A stretch of DNA of 64,000 nt from Acidobacteriota bacterium. Lineage in GTDB: Bacteria > Acidobacteriota > UBA6911. Each line of letters starts with the position of its first letter. Within the stretch, counting starts at the first letter, position 1. Location: assembly GCA_963664705.1 (NCBI GenBank), contig OY761556.1, positions 1,920,001 to 1,984,000 of the forward strand. Reading direction: 5' to 3'. A model generated the notes under the pieces. It was not told the origin of the DNA. It saw only the letters and a list, made by a program, of their open reading frames with translations, and did not search any database. Made by a program: the position numbers and the translations under genes. Of the stretch, positions 50,324 through 59,716 are shown piece by piece.

Positions 50324-51229
50324 TTACTCCGGCTTCTGATTCTGGGACACGGGTTCCTGTTCCTGGAACAAGCCTGCCTGAACGGGATCGAGCCCCAGGG
50401 CTTGTCTTACGGGACCAAAGCTGCGTCGATGAATGGGAAGAACGCCGGATCTTTTCAAAGCCTGCAAATGCTCCAGAGTGGGATATCCTTTGTGGGAAGC
50501 AAATCCATAGGCGGGATACATTTCATGCATCGCCTGCATATGTGCATCGCGTGTTGTCTTCGCGATGATTGAAGCGGCGGCAATACTCGCCGATAGCGCA
50601 TCGCCGTGTATGATACCTCGCTGCCGGCAGGAGCAATGCGGAATGGTTCGCGCATCTACCAGGACATATTCTGGCGGAATGGATAGCCCTTCCACCGCGC
50701 GCCGCATGGCCAGCAATCCTGCATGATAGATGTTGATCGTATCAATTTCCTCTACTTCTGTTCGTCCAACGGCCCAGCAGATGGCATCCTGCTTAATCTG
50801 GGTGGCCAGTTTTTCGCGACGCTCTTCTTTCAGGATTTTTTTCGAATCATCCAGACCCGAGAGTTTGTAATTGCGGGGAAGAATGACGGCGGCGGCCACG
50901 ACCGGGCCTGCCAGGGGCGCCATTCCCGCCTCATCCACTCCGGCAATGTACCGCAAGCCCTGTTCCCAGAGCTCGCGCTCAAACCGAAGGAGGCGGTGCA
51001 ACCTTTGGCCTTCCTTTCGATTTTGCTGCCTTCTCTTCTTGATCTGCCGGGCAAGCTGACGTGCGCCGCTGCGAGGATCGTTTTCAAGCGACTCGAGGAA
51101 CCCCTCCGGAACGGAGTTTTCTTCGCAAAGATATTCCCGCTTCAATTCAGCCAGGCTCTTTGCGAGCAGATTTCCCTTGAGATTAGTCACGAACAACTCC
51201 CACAGGCATTGTATCCCAAAGATATTCAT
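50324..51229 (-). CDS. rnhB: Ribonuclease HII
   Basis: AGVDEAG..PLAGPVVAAAV, DDSKK, GD..S.SIAAASIIAK..RD, HKGYPT. Start codon uncertain. Confidence 0.95.
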   Translation of the reverse strand: MNIFGIQCLWELFVTNLKGNLLAKSLAELKREYLCEENSVPEGFLESLENDPRSGARQLARQIKKRRQQNRKEGQRLHRLLRFERELWEQGLRYIAGVDEAGMAPLAGPVVAAAVILPRNYKLSGLDDSKKILKEERREKLATQIKQDAICWAVGRTEVEEIDTINIYHAGLLAMRRAVEGLSIPPEYVLVDARTIPHCSCRQRGIIHGDALSASIAAASIIAKTTRDAHMQAMHEMYPAYGFASHKGYPTLEHLQALKRSGVLPIHRRSFGPVRQALGLDPVQAGLFQEQEPVSQNQKPE

Positions 51230-51420
51230 ACAGCGAAATCCGTGAAGATGATTGCAGCTTTATTGCAAGTGAAGATGCGACCTGATTCCGCTTGACAGGC
51301 CGGTAAGGTTGGGTAAGTCTAGCTCACGTTGCGCTCGGCATAATCGATCAATTATTGAAACTTAAACACGCAGAAAACCGGGTTGGTGTTCCTCTTTATT
51401 AAACCTCTTTTCAGGCGGAC

Positions 51421-52734
51421 ATGATTATGAAGTACTACCAGAAGCTGACATTTCTTTTTTGTGTGATGTGGGGATTTCTAGGCGTCCAGCGAATCATTAT
51501 TTCCGTGATCATGCCTCAGATCAAGGAAGACCTGAAGTTGAATTACACAGAAGTGGGGATGATCGTAGCCGTAACCGGTGTGGTTTGGGCTCTCGGAACC
51601 GTGATTTGGGCCGCATTAGGAGATCGCTATGGCAGACGGCCCATGATTGTTCTCTGTACGGTCATGGCTGGAGTCTTTTCATGGGTGACGGGTTTTGTCC
51701 ACACCATGGGGCAGATGCTGACAATCCGTGGTTTTCTCGGACTCTTTGAAGGGGGGCCTTACGCACCCGCGATGGGGACTCTTTCCGAAGAATCTCCAGA
51801 GAATAGGCGCGCAATGAACGCGGGGCTGGTTACCGGATCTTTCATGCTCGTTGGCGTCTGTTTCGGCTCGCAATTTGCGGTATGGCTTCTTGAAAGATTT
51901 GGCTCCTGGCGAAAGGTTTTTTATGTGGTGTCCATTCCGGCCATCCTCATCGGCATCATCATCTTTTTTGTGATGCACGAATCCCCGGCGGTATTGGAGG
52001 GAATTCGCAGGCGGAAGATGGGGGAGAAGACGCCCAGTGGCAAATCCGAACAGCCTCGTTTGCGTGATGCGCTCAAATATAAAAATGTGATTCTCTCGTC
52101 CATAAACAGCATCCCGGTTATGGGCTGGTTGTATGTGTATACATCTTTCTCCTCCTCCTTCCTTACGGATGTGCACAAATTCAACATGATGAGCGTTGGC
52201 TTGATCATTTCGGCTTCCGGGCTGGGAGGGTTTCTGGGAGAGTTCATTCTGGGCACGATTTCAGATTTTATCGGGCGCAAAAAAGCGCTGATAGCTTCCG
52301 CTCTGCTGTGCGCAATTTTTGGGCTCCTGGTTGCAAATTTGCCGGTCGGAACCGCTCCCATGCTTTTTGGGATTGTTTTCTTTTTGTTCGGGCTGTTTGG
52401 GGCCGGAATGTATCCGATGTATCTTGGGACATTGCCTGCCGAATGTGTTCCTCCCGCTATCGCCGGCGTGGCTATTGCGATACCGGTTGCACTGGGGGAG
52501 ACTTTGGGCGCAGCTCTGATGCCGACGGTTGCAGGATATTTGAGCGATAGAATCAGCCTGTTTGCTCCGATGTGGATGGCGGCTTTGGCAGGAATATTTA
52601 TCGCGATCGTCTCATTTTTCTACGTAGAGACAGCACCTCGAACCGTGGCAAAAATGAAGCGCAAGCCGACAACGAATGACCATCTGCTGAAGGCTTTTAG
52701 AAAGCCGGAAGCCGAATCGGTAGGCATGGATTAA
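51421..52734 (+). CDS. MFS transporter
   Basis: About 12 TM segments; LGDRYGRR and SDFIGRK motif-A repeats. Confidence 0.93.
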   Translation: MIMKYYQKLTFLFCVMWGFLGVQRIIISVIMPQIKEDLKLNYTEVGMIVAVTGVVWALGTVIWAALGDRYGRRPMIVLCTVMAGVFSWVTGFVHTMGQMLTIRGFLGLFEGGPYAPAMGTLSEESPENRRAMNAGLVTGSFMLVGVCFGSQFAVWLLERFGSWRKVFYVVSIPAILIGIIIFFVMHESPAVLEGIRRRKMGEKTPSGKSEQPRLRDALKYKNVILSSINSIPVMGWLYVYTSFSSSFLTDVHKFNMMSVGLIISASGLGGFLGEFILGTISDFIGRKKALIASALLCAIFGLLVANLPVGTAPMLFGIVFFLFGLFGAGMYPMYLGTLPAECVPPAIAGVAIAIPVALGETLGAALMPTVAGYLSDRISLFAPMWMAALAGIFIAIVSFFYVETAPRTVAKMKRKPTTNDHLLKAFRKPEAESVGMD

Positions 52735-52743
52735 CTGAGAAAG

Positions 52744-52785
52744 AATGGGCTGCCCGGCCGCGTCTTTAAGCCGGGCAGCTCATTT
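52744..52785. terminator. Hairpin between convergent genes (putative terminator)
   Basis: aatgggctgcccggc ... gccgggcagctcatt. Confidence 0.55.
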
Positions 52786-52836
52786 CCTAGGATTAACTCA
52801 TCCGGAATTGGTCTTTTTCGAGCCGGCTGATCTCCA

Positions 52837-55458
52837 TCAGCGCCGCCCTGCAATCGATAATACCTGCTTCAACCCTTCTACGCTCTGATTCGAGCCCGTG
52901 AACACCTCTGTGGGAAATCTGTAATGCGAGACGATGTCCTGGAAAATTGAGGTACTCAGGTATGAGTTGTAGTACAGACCCGCGAGATACTGAAGCCTCA
53001 AATTCCGGTCATGATTGATCTGGGCATTCTGCATCCAGGGTTGAAGGTCCGATGCACGAACGGCAAAGGTTGAAAAGAGGTCGAAAACGACACCCATTTC
53101 GGAGATTTCCGGATGATTATAACTTGCGCCGAACCCCACTTCGCACAACGATTGCTTGACCGGATCATACTCGGTTCGATCCAGGAGCTTGTTGACTGCA
53201 TCGATGTTGATCTCAGATGGTTGGAGCTGTCCTAGAAGAACGGCGTCATAGCCTTCCGAGTGATCATCATTGCTGAAGAGCATGCCGTTGGGAAAAGCTT
53301 TGAAGAAGGAAGCAATCATGCTCTTTGCCGAGTCGGCATTGCTTTCATAAAGAGGCATCCACAAGGTCATGACGCCGCCCGGCTTCAGATGTTTTTTGCA
53401 CATTTCATAGAACTCGACCGTATTCAGCGCGGCGCTCCCCTTGACCCAGGGGTCAATGGGATCGGAGGTAATCACATCGAACTTGACGTCTGGCGGCAGC
53501 GTACGGATGTAATGGCGTCCATCATCATAAACGGCGGAAACCTGCTTGCCATTCACCTTGTGTGGATTCTGTTGAGCAATGCCATCCATCAGGTGGTAAT
53601 TTTGACTGGCAAACATCGGGGTAACCACCTGTGGCACGAGCGGCTCTATATCGCACACGGTAATCCGGCGAATTTCCGGATAGACGACAAAGGATCCTGC
53701 GGTGACGCCGGCCCCACAGGCAACGACAAGAACATCCCGAACTTCACTCGGATTCTTGCATGCCAGTACCGACAGGTGCCCCAGCATGCGCTGCAGACGC
53801 ATATCCTGCGGCTGGCTGGACGCCTGCACTTTTCCCGCACCATGAAAGAAAAGGGCACCCGCAGAGTTACGGGTGACCGCAACCGAAACATTCATTCCTT
53901 CGCCCATATAAACGCAGTGCCATTGAGAGGGGCTGGCACTTTTGGTTTTCGGGTGCTTTGCGTCTTCAATTTGCGGCTCCGCCTGGGCAATATAGGAAGC
54001 CGAGAATCGGCCCCATGCGACAGCCATCCATGGAATTCTGGCAATGCCCTCGAAAACCATAACGATCATCAGAAGGAAGATGACTGCGAATGCCGCACCT
54101 GAAAATGAAATGCGCGCGAATAGTGATCGATTATCGCCAGACTTCGAGCCGGATAGACAAGAAAGAAAAGCGACGCCGGCAGAGATAACGGCAATGACAA
54201 CCAGGGATCGTTCTCCCCATTGCGTTCCGAACCGCGGAATGACCCACAAACTGAACGCCAGGGAGCCCAGGATGGAGCCGATGGTATTGGCAGCGTAAAT
54301 GCCGCCGACCATATGTCCCGGATCCTGTTCGCTGGATGCCACCGAGGCTATCGCCAGTGGAAAGCCGGCGCCCCACAGGAAGGCTGCGGGAAGGGTCACC
54401 CAGGCGGCACGGAGGATATCCAGCTGAAACAGATACCATGGTCCAAGATCACCGGTGTAGAGTCCCGGATTGATGGGCCAGTAGGGCAGAGATCTGGAAA
54501 TCATCAGCGCGGCCCATCCGATCGCTCCTGCAAGTAATAATTGGCACAATGCGAAGGTCCGCCGCGGATTCTGTAAGGATCGGGAGAGCAGGGAACCGGC
54601 AGCGCTTCCCAGTCCCAGGCCGACAAGGAACACCGCCAGGATAATCGAAAAGGAATAAACGGTCCCACCCATCAGCAGTGCCAGCAGGCGAGTCCAAACT
54701 ACCTCCGCACCAAGGGCAGACAATCCGGAAAGCGCTATGGCAACATAAACTGGAGCCCGATCTGCGACGATCGAAGCCCGTTGCGGAACAGCCGTATTTC
54801 CTGGCGCATGAGGACTTTTTGATGCAATAGCGAATGCGATGAGGGCAACCAGTACATTGATGCCGGCAGCCACGCACGTGCCGGTCGGCATATCAAAAAG
54901 ACGCAGCAGAAAAAAGCCGGCAGCCAGGCATCCCACAACAGCGCCAGCAATATTTCCGCCATAAAAGAAACCCATCCAGGAAACGCCCCGTGGAGTTGAC
55001 TCAACAAAGCGGGCGACGCAGGGAAGCGTCGCTCCCATCAGCATGGTCGGAGGGATAAGACAGACGGCTGCAACCAGCGCGCGAACAATAACACCATGCG
55101 AGTGCAGGCCCGCATAGACATCTGTCAGGATAGGAATAGCGAAAAGGGCAAGAATACCAATGATGCCGATTCCAAGTTCCAAAAGCGCATAGACCCGCAG
55201 GGGATGAGCCCGGCTGGAAATCAGCCGGGGCAGGAGCAGACTGCCCAGGCACATTCCCCCCATATAGGTTCCGAGGAGTACTCCCAACGATATGCCGGAT
55301 GCACCGATTACCAATTCCAGCAATTGAAGCCAGACCACTTCATAAATCAGTGCAGCACAGCCGCTACCGAAAAACAGCAGCAGCAGATAGGAAAGGTAGC
55401 GTTGCGAATCAATGGTGTCTGTCGAGGCAAATCCGATCGATAATTCTGTATCCTGCAT
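52837..55458 (-). CDS. Fused membrane domain / spermidine synthase-like protein
   Basis: SGCAALIYEVVW repeats in the membrane part; VLVVACGAGVTAG, DDGR, DVITSDP, TVEFY in the SAM-fold part. The ORF-track start (55749) lies inside the IS; true start is probably 55458 or 55488. Confidence 0.88.
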   Translation of the reverse strand: MQDTELSIGFASTDTIDSQRYLSYLLLLFFGSGCAALIYEVVWLQLLELVIGASGISLGVLLGTYMGGMCLGSLLLPRLISSRAHPLRVYALLELGIGIIGILALFAIPILTDVYAGLHSHGVIVRALVAAVCLIPPTMLMGATLPCVARFVESTPRGVSWMGFFYGGNIAGAVVGCLAAGFFLLRLFDMPTGTCVAAGINVLVALIAFAIASKSPHAPGNTAVPQRASIVADRAPVYVAIALSGLSALGAEVVWTRLLALLMGGTVYSFSIILAVFLVGLGLGSAAGSLLSRSLQNPRRTFALCQLLLAGAIGWAALMISRSLPYWPINPGLYTGDLGPWYLFQLDILRAAWVTLPAAFLWGAGFPLAIASVASSEQDPGHMVGGIYAANTIGSILGSLAFSLWVIPRFGTQWGERSLVVIAVISAGVAFLSCLSGSKSGDNRSLFARISFSGAAFAVIFLLMIVMVFEGIARIPWMAVAWGRFSASYIAQAEPQIEDAKHPKTKSASPSQWHCVYMGEGMNVSVAVTRNSAGALFFHGAGKVQASSQPQDMRLQRMLGHLSVLACKNPSEVRDVLVVACGAGVTAGSFVVYPEIRRITVCDIEPLVPQVVTPMFASQNYHLMDGIAQQNPHKVNGKQVSAVYDDGRHYIRTLPPDVKFDVITSDPIDPWVKGSAALNTVEFYEMCKKHLKPGGVMTLWMPLYESNADSAKSMIASFFKAFPNGMLFSNDDHSEGYDAVLLGQLQPSEINIDAVNKLLDRTEYDPVKQSLCEVGFGASYNHPEISEMGVVFDLFSTFAVRASDLQPWMQNAQINHDRNLRLQYLAGLYYNSYLSTSIFQDIVSHYRFPTEVFTGSNQSVEGLKQVLSIAGRR

Positions 55459-55546
55459 AGGGGGCACCGGCGGCTTGAATCCTTTCATTCGAAGATGACG
55501 CAGACTACCCCACATATACAGCAGTCGCAACAAAATTGCGGCAGAC

Positions 55547-56972
55547 TGTGGTAAGCAAATGATCTGTCCGGTGGTTGTAGCAAGTGAAATGTCCGGTGCA
55601 AAGGTCTGAGTGAGATAAAGTGCCATCGCGAAAGGAGGAGCGATGGGGCTATATCCGACTCGGGCACTGGAGCGGGCGTTGAAAATACAATCAGTGATAT
55701 TGCAGGCAATGAGTGGAAAAATACTGTGGTGCCAGGCAGCCGAGATCATCGGGATATCGGACCGATCAATGAGGCGATGGCGAGAACGATATGAGGAACA
55801 CGGTTACGACGGGCTCTATGATCGCAGGCTAAAGCGGCCGAGTCCAAAACGTGTTCCGTTAAAAACAGTGGAGAAAGTGCTTCGGCTTTATCGGGAGCAG
55901 TACTTCGATTTCAATGTTCGTCATTTCGTAGAAAAGCTGCATAAGGAACATGATGTCGATCTGAGCTATACCTGGGTCAAGACAGCACTGCAAACGGCGG
56001 GATTGGTAGCCAAGAGTCGCAAGAAAGGGAAACACCGGAAAAAGCGCCCTCGGCGACCATTGTCAGGCATGATGCTCCATGTGGATGGCAGCACGCATTG
56101 CTGGCTGGAGGGCCAACAACACCACGACCTAGTAGCAATTCTGGATGACGCCACGTCAGCGGTGTATTACGCACAGCTGGTCGATCAGGAGAGCACAGCG
56201 ACGGTAATGGCCGGGTTGAAGGAAGTGGTTGAGAAGAAAGGCATCTTTTGCTCCCTGTATTCGGATCGCGGAAGCCATTTCTTCTACACTCCGGTTGCGG
56301 GAGGGCCACCCGATCGTACACGTAAGACTCAAATCGCCAGGGCCCTTGGACAATTGGGGATTGAAACGATACCTGCTAACTCGCCGCAGGCTAGAGGGCG
56401 GTGTGAACGGTTTTTTGGAACTTGGCAAGGGCGTCTGCCGCAGGAACTCCGGTTAAAGAAAATCCAGACACTGGAGGCTGCAAATGAGTTCCTACGTAAA
56501 GAGTGGATACCTTTCCACAACAAGACCTTTACCGTTCCGGCACAACAGATGGGAAACGCTTTTGTGCCCTATTCTGGCACTCGTTCTGAGTTAGATAAGA
56601 TCTTCTCCCACCAGGAGGAAAGAGATGTGGGTAACGACAATACCGTCAAACTTGGGAAAATCTGTATGCAGATCGAGCCACAAAAGTTTCGCTTCAGCAT
56701 GGCTCGATGCCGAGTGCTTGTCTGTCGGCATTTGGATGAAACAATAAGCCTTCATTACGGTCCCCATGTGCTGGGCCGTTATGATTCCAACGGGAAGGTT
56801 TTGAATCAGCCAGCTGTGAAACGAAGCAATAAGAATGCGGCCTGACGGGGCCGCGGTCTTTTTTCCTAAGCCGTTCCGGGCTACGCCCTCCACAGCTTAG
56901 GAAAAATCCCAAATAACTAAACCGGACATTTCATTTGCTATAAAAACCGGACATCTTGATTTGCTACGAACA
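55547..56972 (+). mobile_element. IS1202-family (ISNCY) insertion sequence with a 16-bp target-site duplication
   Basis: TGT...ACA ends; two subterminal GCAA..GA..TGTCCGGT-type repeats at each end; flanking direct repeat caaaattgcggcagac at 55531-55546 and 56973-56988. Confidence 0.92.
55643..56845 (+). CDS. DDE transposase (ISNCY/IS1202 family)
   Basis: N-terminal HTH; LHVDGS.H.W, ILDDATS, LYSDRGSHF, SPQARGRCER..GTWQGRL; RBS AAGGAGGAG. Confidence 0.95.
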   Translation: MGLYPTRALERALKIQSVILQAMSGKILWCQAAEIIGISDRSMRRWRERYEEHGYDGLYDRRLKRPSPKRVPLKTVEKVLRLYREQYFDFNVRHFVEKLHKEHDVDLSYTWVKTALQTAGLVAKSRKKGKHRKKRPRRPLSGMMLHVDGSTHCWLEGQQHHDLVAILDDATSAVYYAQLVDQESTATVMAGLKEVVEKKGIFCSLYSDRGSHFFYTPVAGGPPDRTRKTQIARALGQLGIETIPANSPQARGRCERFFGTWQGRLPQELRLKKIQTLEAANEFLRKEWIPFHNKTFTVPAQQMGNAFVPYSGTRSELDKIFSHQEERDVGNDNTVKLGKICMQIEPQKFRFSMARCRVLVCRHLDETISLHYGPHVLGRYDSNGKVLNQPAVKRSNKNAA

Positions 56973-57012
56973 CAAAATTGCGGCAGACTAATCTAAACAA
57001 ATGCAGTCCTGA

Positions 57013-57954
57013 CTAATGCCAGGAAAATGTGCTGACGGGAGAGCTAGGATCTTTCAACCATTCTTCCATCGAACCGTCATAAACCCTGACCTTGCGGTAC
57101 CCGAAAAGCTGCGTCAGCAGGAACCACCAAGTGCTGGCATATCCCCCGACTCCGCAATATACAATGACATCCCGGGATTTATTGACACCGATCACTCCGG
57201 AAACCATCGCACGCAATTCCTCTTCTTTACGATAAACGCCATTCTCAAGAAAGACCCAGGGGGTCGGCAGGTTCACAGCGCTCTTGATGTGTCCAAACTT
57301 GGCGGCTGCGCCAAAATACTCTTCCGGTATACGGGCATCCACAATGGCTGCCCGCCCTATCGCCGCAAGGACTTGTTTCCTATTGGCCAACATTTGATCG
57401 TTGATACGCCCCGTGTATTTTCGAGGAGCTCGTTCGGAGCTCTCGGCTGATACCGTCCTTATTTCACGCAGCCAGCGATTGTGTCCTCCGTCAAGCACCG
57501 ATGCATTGGGTATACCGGCAACAATGCATGTCCATGCAACGCGCGTTGCATCCGCCCGGCTGAAATCTGTATCGATCCCGCCGGCAATGACGACATGCGA
57601 GGTTTCGTCGATACCGGACTTCCCGATTATTTCCCGCAAAACATCTTCTGCGGGCAATTCAAGGGAAAGTCCATTTCTGGATACAGCCCAAGTGCTGGTC
57701 GGCACATGGATGGCTCCCGGGATATGTCCCTTCCGGTATTGCTCCGCACTCCGAATATCGATGATGACCAGTTTGGGATCAGCGAGGTTTTTGGATAGCC
57801 AGTCCGGAGATACCAGGGGAGGGATTTCACGCGATTGCGCGACGGCAGTATTTGCAATTGCCAGTGCGGCCACGCCAAAACCGATATTGCATAAGAAGTC
57901 TCTGCGGGTTGCCGAGGCCGTCCAGTTCATCGTCATTGAATTCTCTCTTTCCAT
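57013..57954 (-). CDS. Tat-exported double-rhodanese sulfurtransferase
   Basis: TRRDFL twin-arginine motif; GHIPGA, LDGG, GHIKSA, YCGVG, YDGS..EW. Confidence 0.92.
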   Translation of the reverse strand: MERENSMTMNWTASATRRDFLCNIGFGVAALAIANTAVAQSREIPPLVSPDWLSKNLADPKLVIIDIRSAEQYRKGHIPGAIHVPTSTWAVSRNGLSLELPAEDVLREIIGKSGIDETSHVVIAGGIDTDFSRADATRVAWTCIVAGIPNASVLDGGHNRWLREIRTVSAESSERAPRKYTGRINDQMLANRKQVLAAIGRAAIVDARIPEEYFGAAAKFGHIKSAVNLPTPWVFLENGVYRKEEELRAMVSGVIGVNKSRDVIVYCGVGGYASTWWFLLTQLFGYRKVRVYDGSMEEWLKDPSSPVSTFSWH

Positions 57955-58249
57955 AGAAGCACTATAGAATCAATTCCCATAACCCGCAAATACTCTCGCA
58001 ATCTGCAGCAGCTTTTCGGATTACAAATTTAGGGGAAACAAAACGGTCCGGAGATCCTTTTCGAATATGATCCGAAATGCTACTCTCCTGCTAGGTGGTG
58101 GTAAAAGGGTGGATCAGGAAGTTCGTCCTTCGCAATTGGTCATTTCCAATGTGCGCCTGATCACAGAGACCTCTGCGGAATCCGAATATTGTGTTTGTGA
58201 ACATAGTGAATTAGGCGCCTCCAATGTCTCTCTCAAAGGAGCTGATGCA

Positions 58250-59167
58250 ATGCCACGGATCAAATCTGTTTTATGCATTTCCATTCTAATTGCATTCGCC
58301 GGCTGTAACAGGATGAGCAAAGAAGCAACCGAACAACCGCCGGCACCCGCGCCCCAGCCCTCTGTTCAACAACCCGCGGAACAGCCCCCGGCGCAGGAAA
58401 ATGCGCCGCAAGTTGCTCAACCGGAGGCTCCGGCGCCGATTGCAGCTCCGGCCAAAATCAAGCCGACAGTCGCAAAACCAAAACAGACTCCGAAAAAGGA
58501 GGCCGCCGCCCATTCTGAGCCCCAGCCCCCCTTGACTCGACAGCCCGCAGCACAACCGACCGAAACGGCGCCGGCTGCGCCGCAACCTTCTGCCTCGACC
58601 ACCCTGGCCCCATCGCAACCGACAATCGCCGCCCCGCCACTCAATGTTCCGCAAGTCCTGACGATACCAGGCGGAACCAGCATGCAGGTTCGCCTCCAGG
58701 ATCCGCTTGATTCCGCGGTCAACAAGCCTGGCGACACCTTTCGAGCTCTCCTGGACCGGGATATCGAAATAGGCGGAAAAACGATTGCACCCCGTGGCAG
58801 CCTGGTGGAGGGAAAACTTTCTCAGGTAGCGCGGGCTGGCCGTGTTGAGGGCCTCGCTTCGATGGCTCTTCAGCTTACAAGCCTGAAGATCGGCGAACAG
58901 AGTTATCAGATCCAGACTGAGATTTTGACTTTCCAGGCTGATTCCACAAAAAAGCAGGACGCAACAAAGGTTGGGGTTGGAGCTGGTCTCGGGGCAGTGA
59001 TCGGGGCTATCGCCGGTGGAGGTAAAGGCGCGGCAATAGGCGCGGCCGTGGGAGCCGGAGCCGCTGGTGTAACGGTGGCGGCCACTCGTGGCAAGGAGAT
59101 TCAGTTCGCCGCCGAACATAAACTGAGTTTCGCGCTTGCGCATGACGTCAATATAAAGCTTCAATGA
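58250..59167 (+). CDS. Pro-rich lipoprotein, hypothetical
   Basis: Lipobox-like FAGC; Pro/Ala linker; TIPGGT...VRL...LDS; Gly-zipper GA.IGAIAGGGKGAAIGA. Confidence 0.8.
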   Translation: MPRIKSVLCISILIAFAGCNRMSKEATEQPPAPAPQPSVQQPAEQPPAQENAPQVAQPEAPAPIAAPAKIKPTVAKPKQTPKKEAAAHSEPQPPLTRQPAAQPTETAPAAPQPSASTTLAPSQPTIAAPPLNVPQVLTIPGGTSMQVRLQDPLDSAVNKPGDTFRALLDRDIEIGGKTIAPRGSLVEGKLSQVARAGRVEGLASMALQLTSLKIGEQSYQIQTEILTFQADSTKKQDATKVGVGAGLGAVIGAIAGGGKGAAIGAAVGAGAAGVTVAATRGKEIQFAAEHKLSFALAHDVNIKLQ

Positions 59168-59706
59168 GATTTATCGATTTTCTGGCGCGAGGGATTTCCT
59201 CTCACCTGTACACAACAGGGCTGAACCGTTTAGGTCGGGTATTGTGCATTGCAGTTCTCAGCATAATGCCCGCATATCCCGTCGCATTGGATCCAGCTGC
59301 ATCGCTCGCGGTTCGCGGCATGGAAGTGCAGATTTATCAGGAAGTGAACCGTGTGCGCGGCGCAGCAGGAATTCCGCCTCTGGCATGGAATGAAGCGCTT
59401 GCGGGAGAAGCAAAAAGACATGCATCAAACATGGCGCAGATGGGTTTCTTTTCCCACCATGACCCTTCGAGGGGTGAACTGGCCGATCGCCTGAGTGCTG
59501 CCGGAATAGTCTGGAGCCGCTGTGCGGAAAACCTTTATGAAGAGAAGGGCGTTTCGGATCCTGCCCGGAGAGCTGTTTCCATGTGGTTGAGCAGCGTTAA
59601 CCACCGAAAAAACATACTCGACGCGACGCTCTCCGAATGCGGCGTGGGGGTTGTATCCCAGCCCGACGGAACCATCGTGATCGTACAGGAATTTCTGCGA
59701 AAGTAA
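59164..59706 (+). CDS. CAP/SCP domain protein
   Basis: VN..R...G..PL, FFSH, AENL, WLSS..HRKNIL, GVGV. Confidence 0.9.
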   Translation: MRFIDFLARGISSHLYTTGLNRLGRVLCIAVLSIMPAYPVALDPAASLAVRGMEVQIYQEVNRVRGAAGIPPLAWNEALAGEAKRHASNMAQMGFFSHHDPSRGELADRLSAAGIVWSRCAENLYEEKGVSDPARRAVSMWLSSVNHRKNILDATLSECGVGVVSQPDGTIVIVQEFLRK

Positions 59707-59716
59707 TCCCCGAGGA

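Noticed and set aside
55459-55749. N-terminal extension of the 970-aa ORF
   Set aside because: It reads through the IS left end and overlaps the transposase on the opposite strand; an artefact of the insertion.
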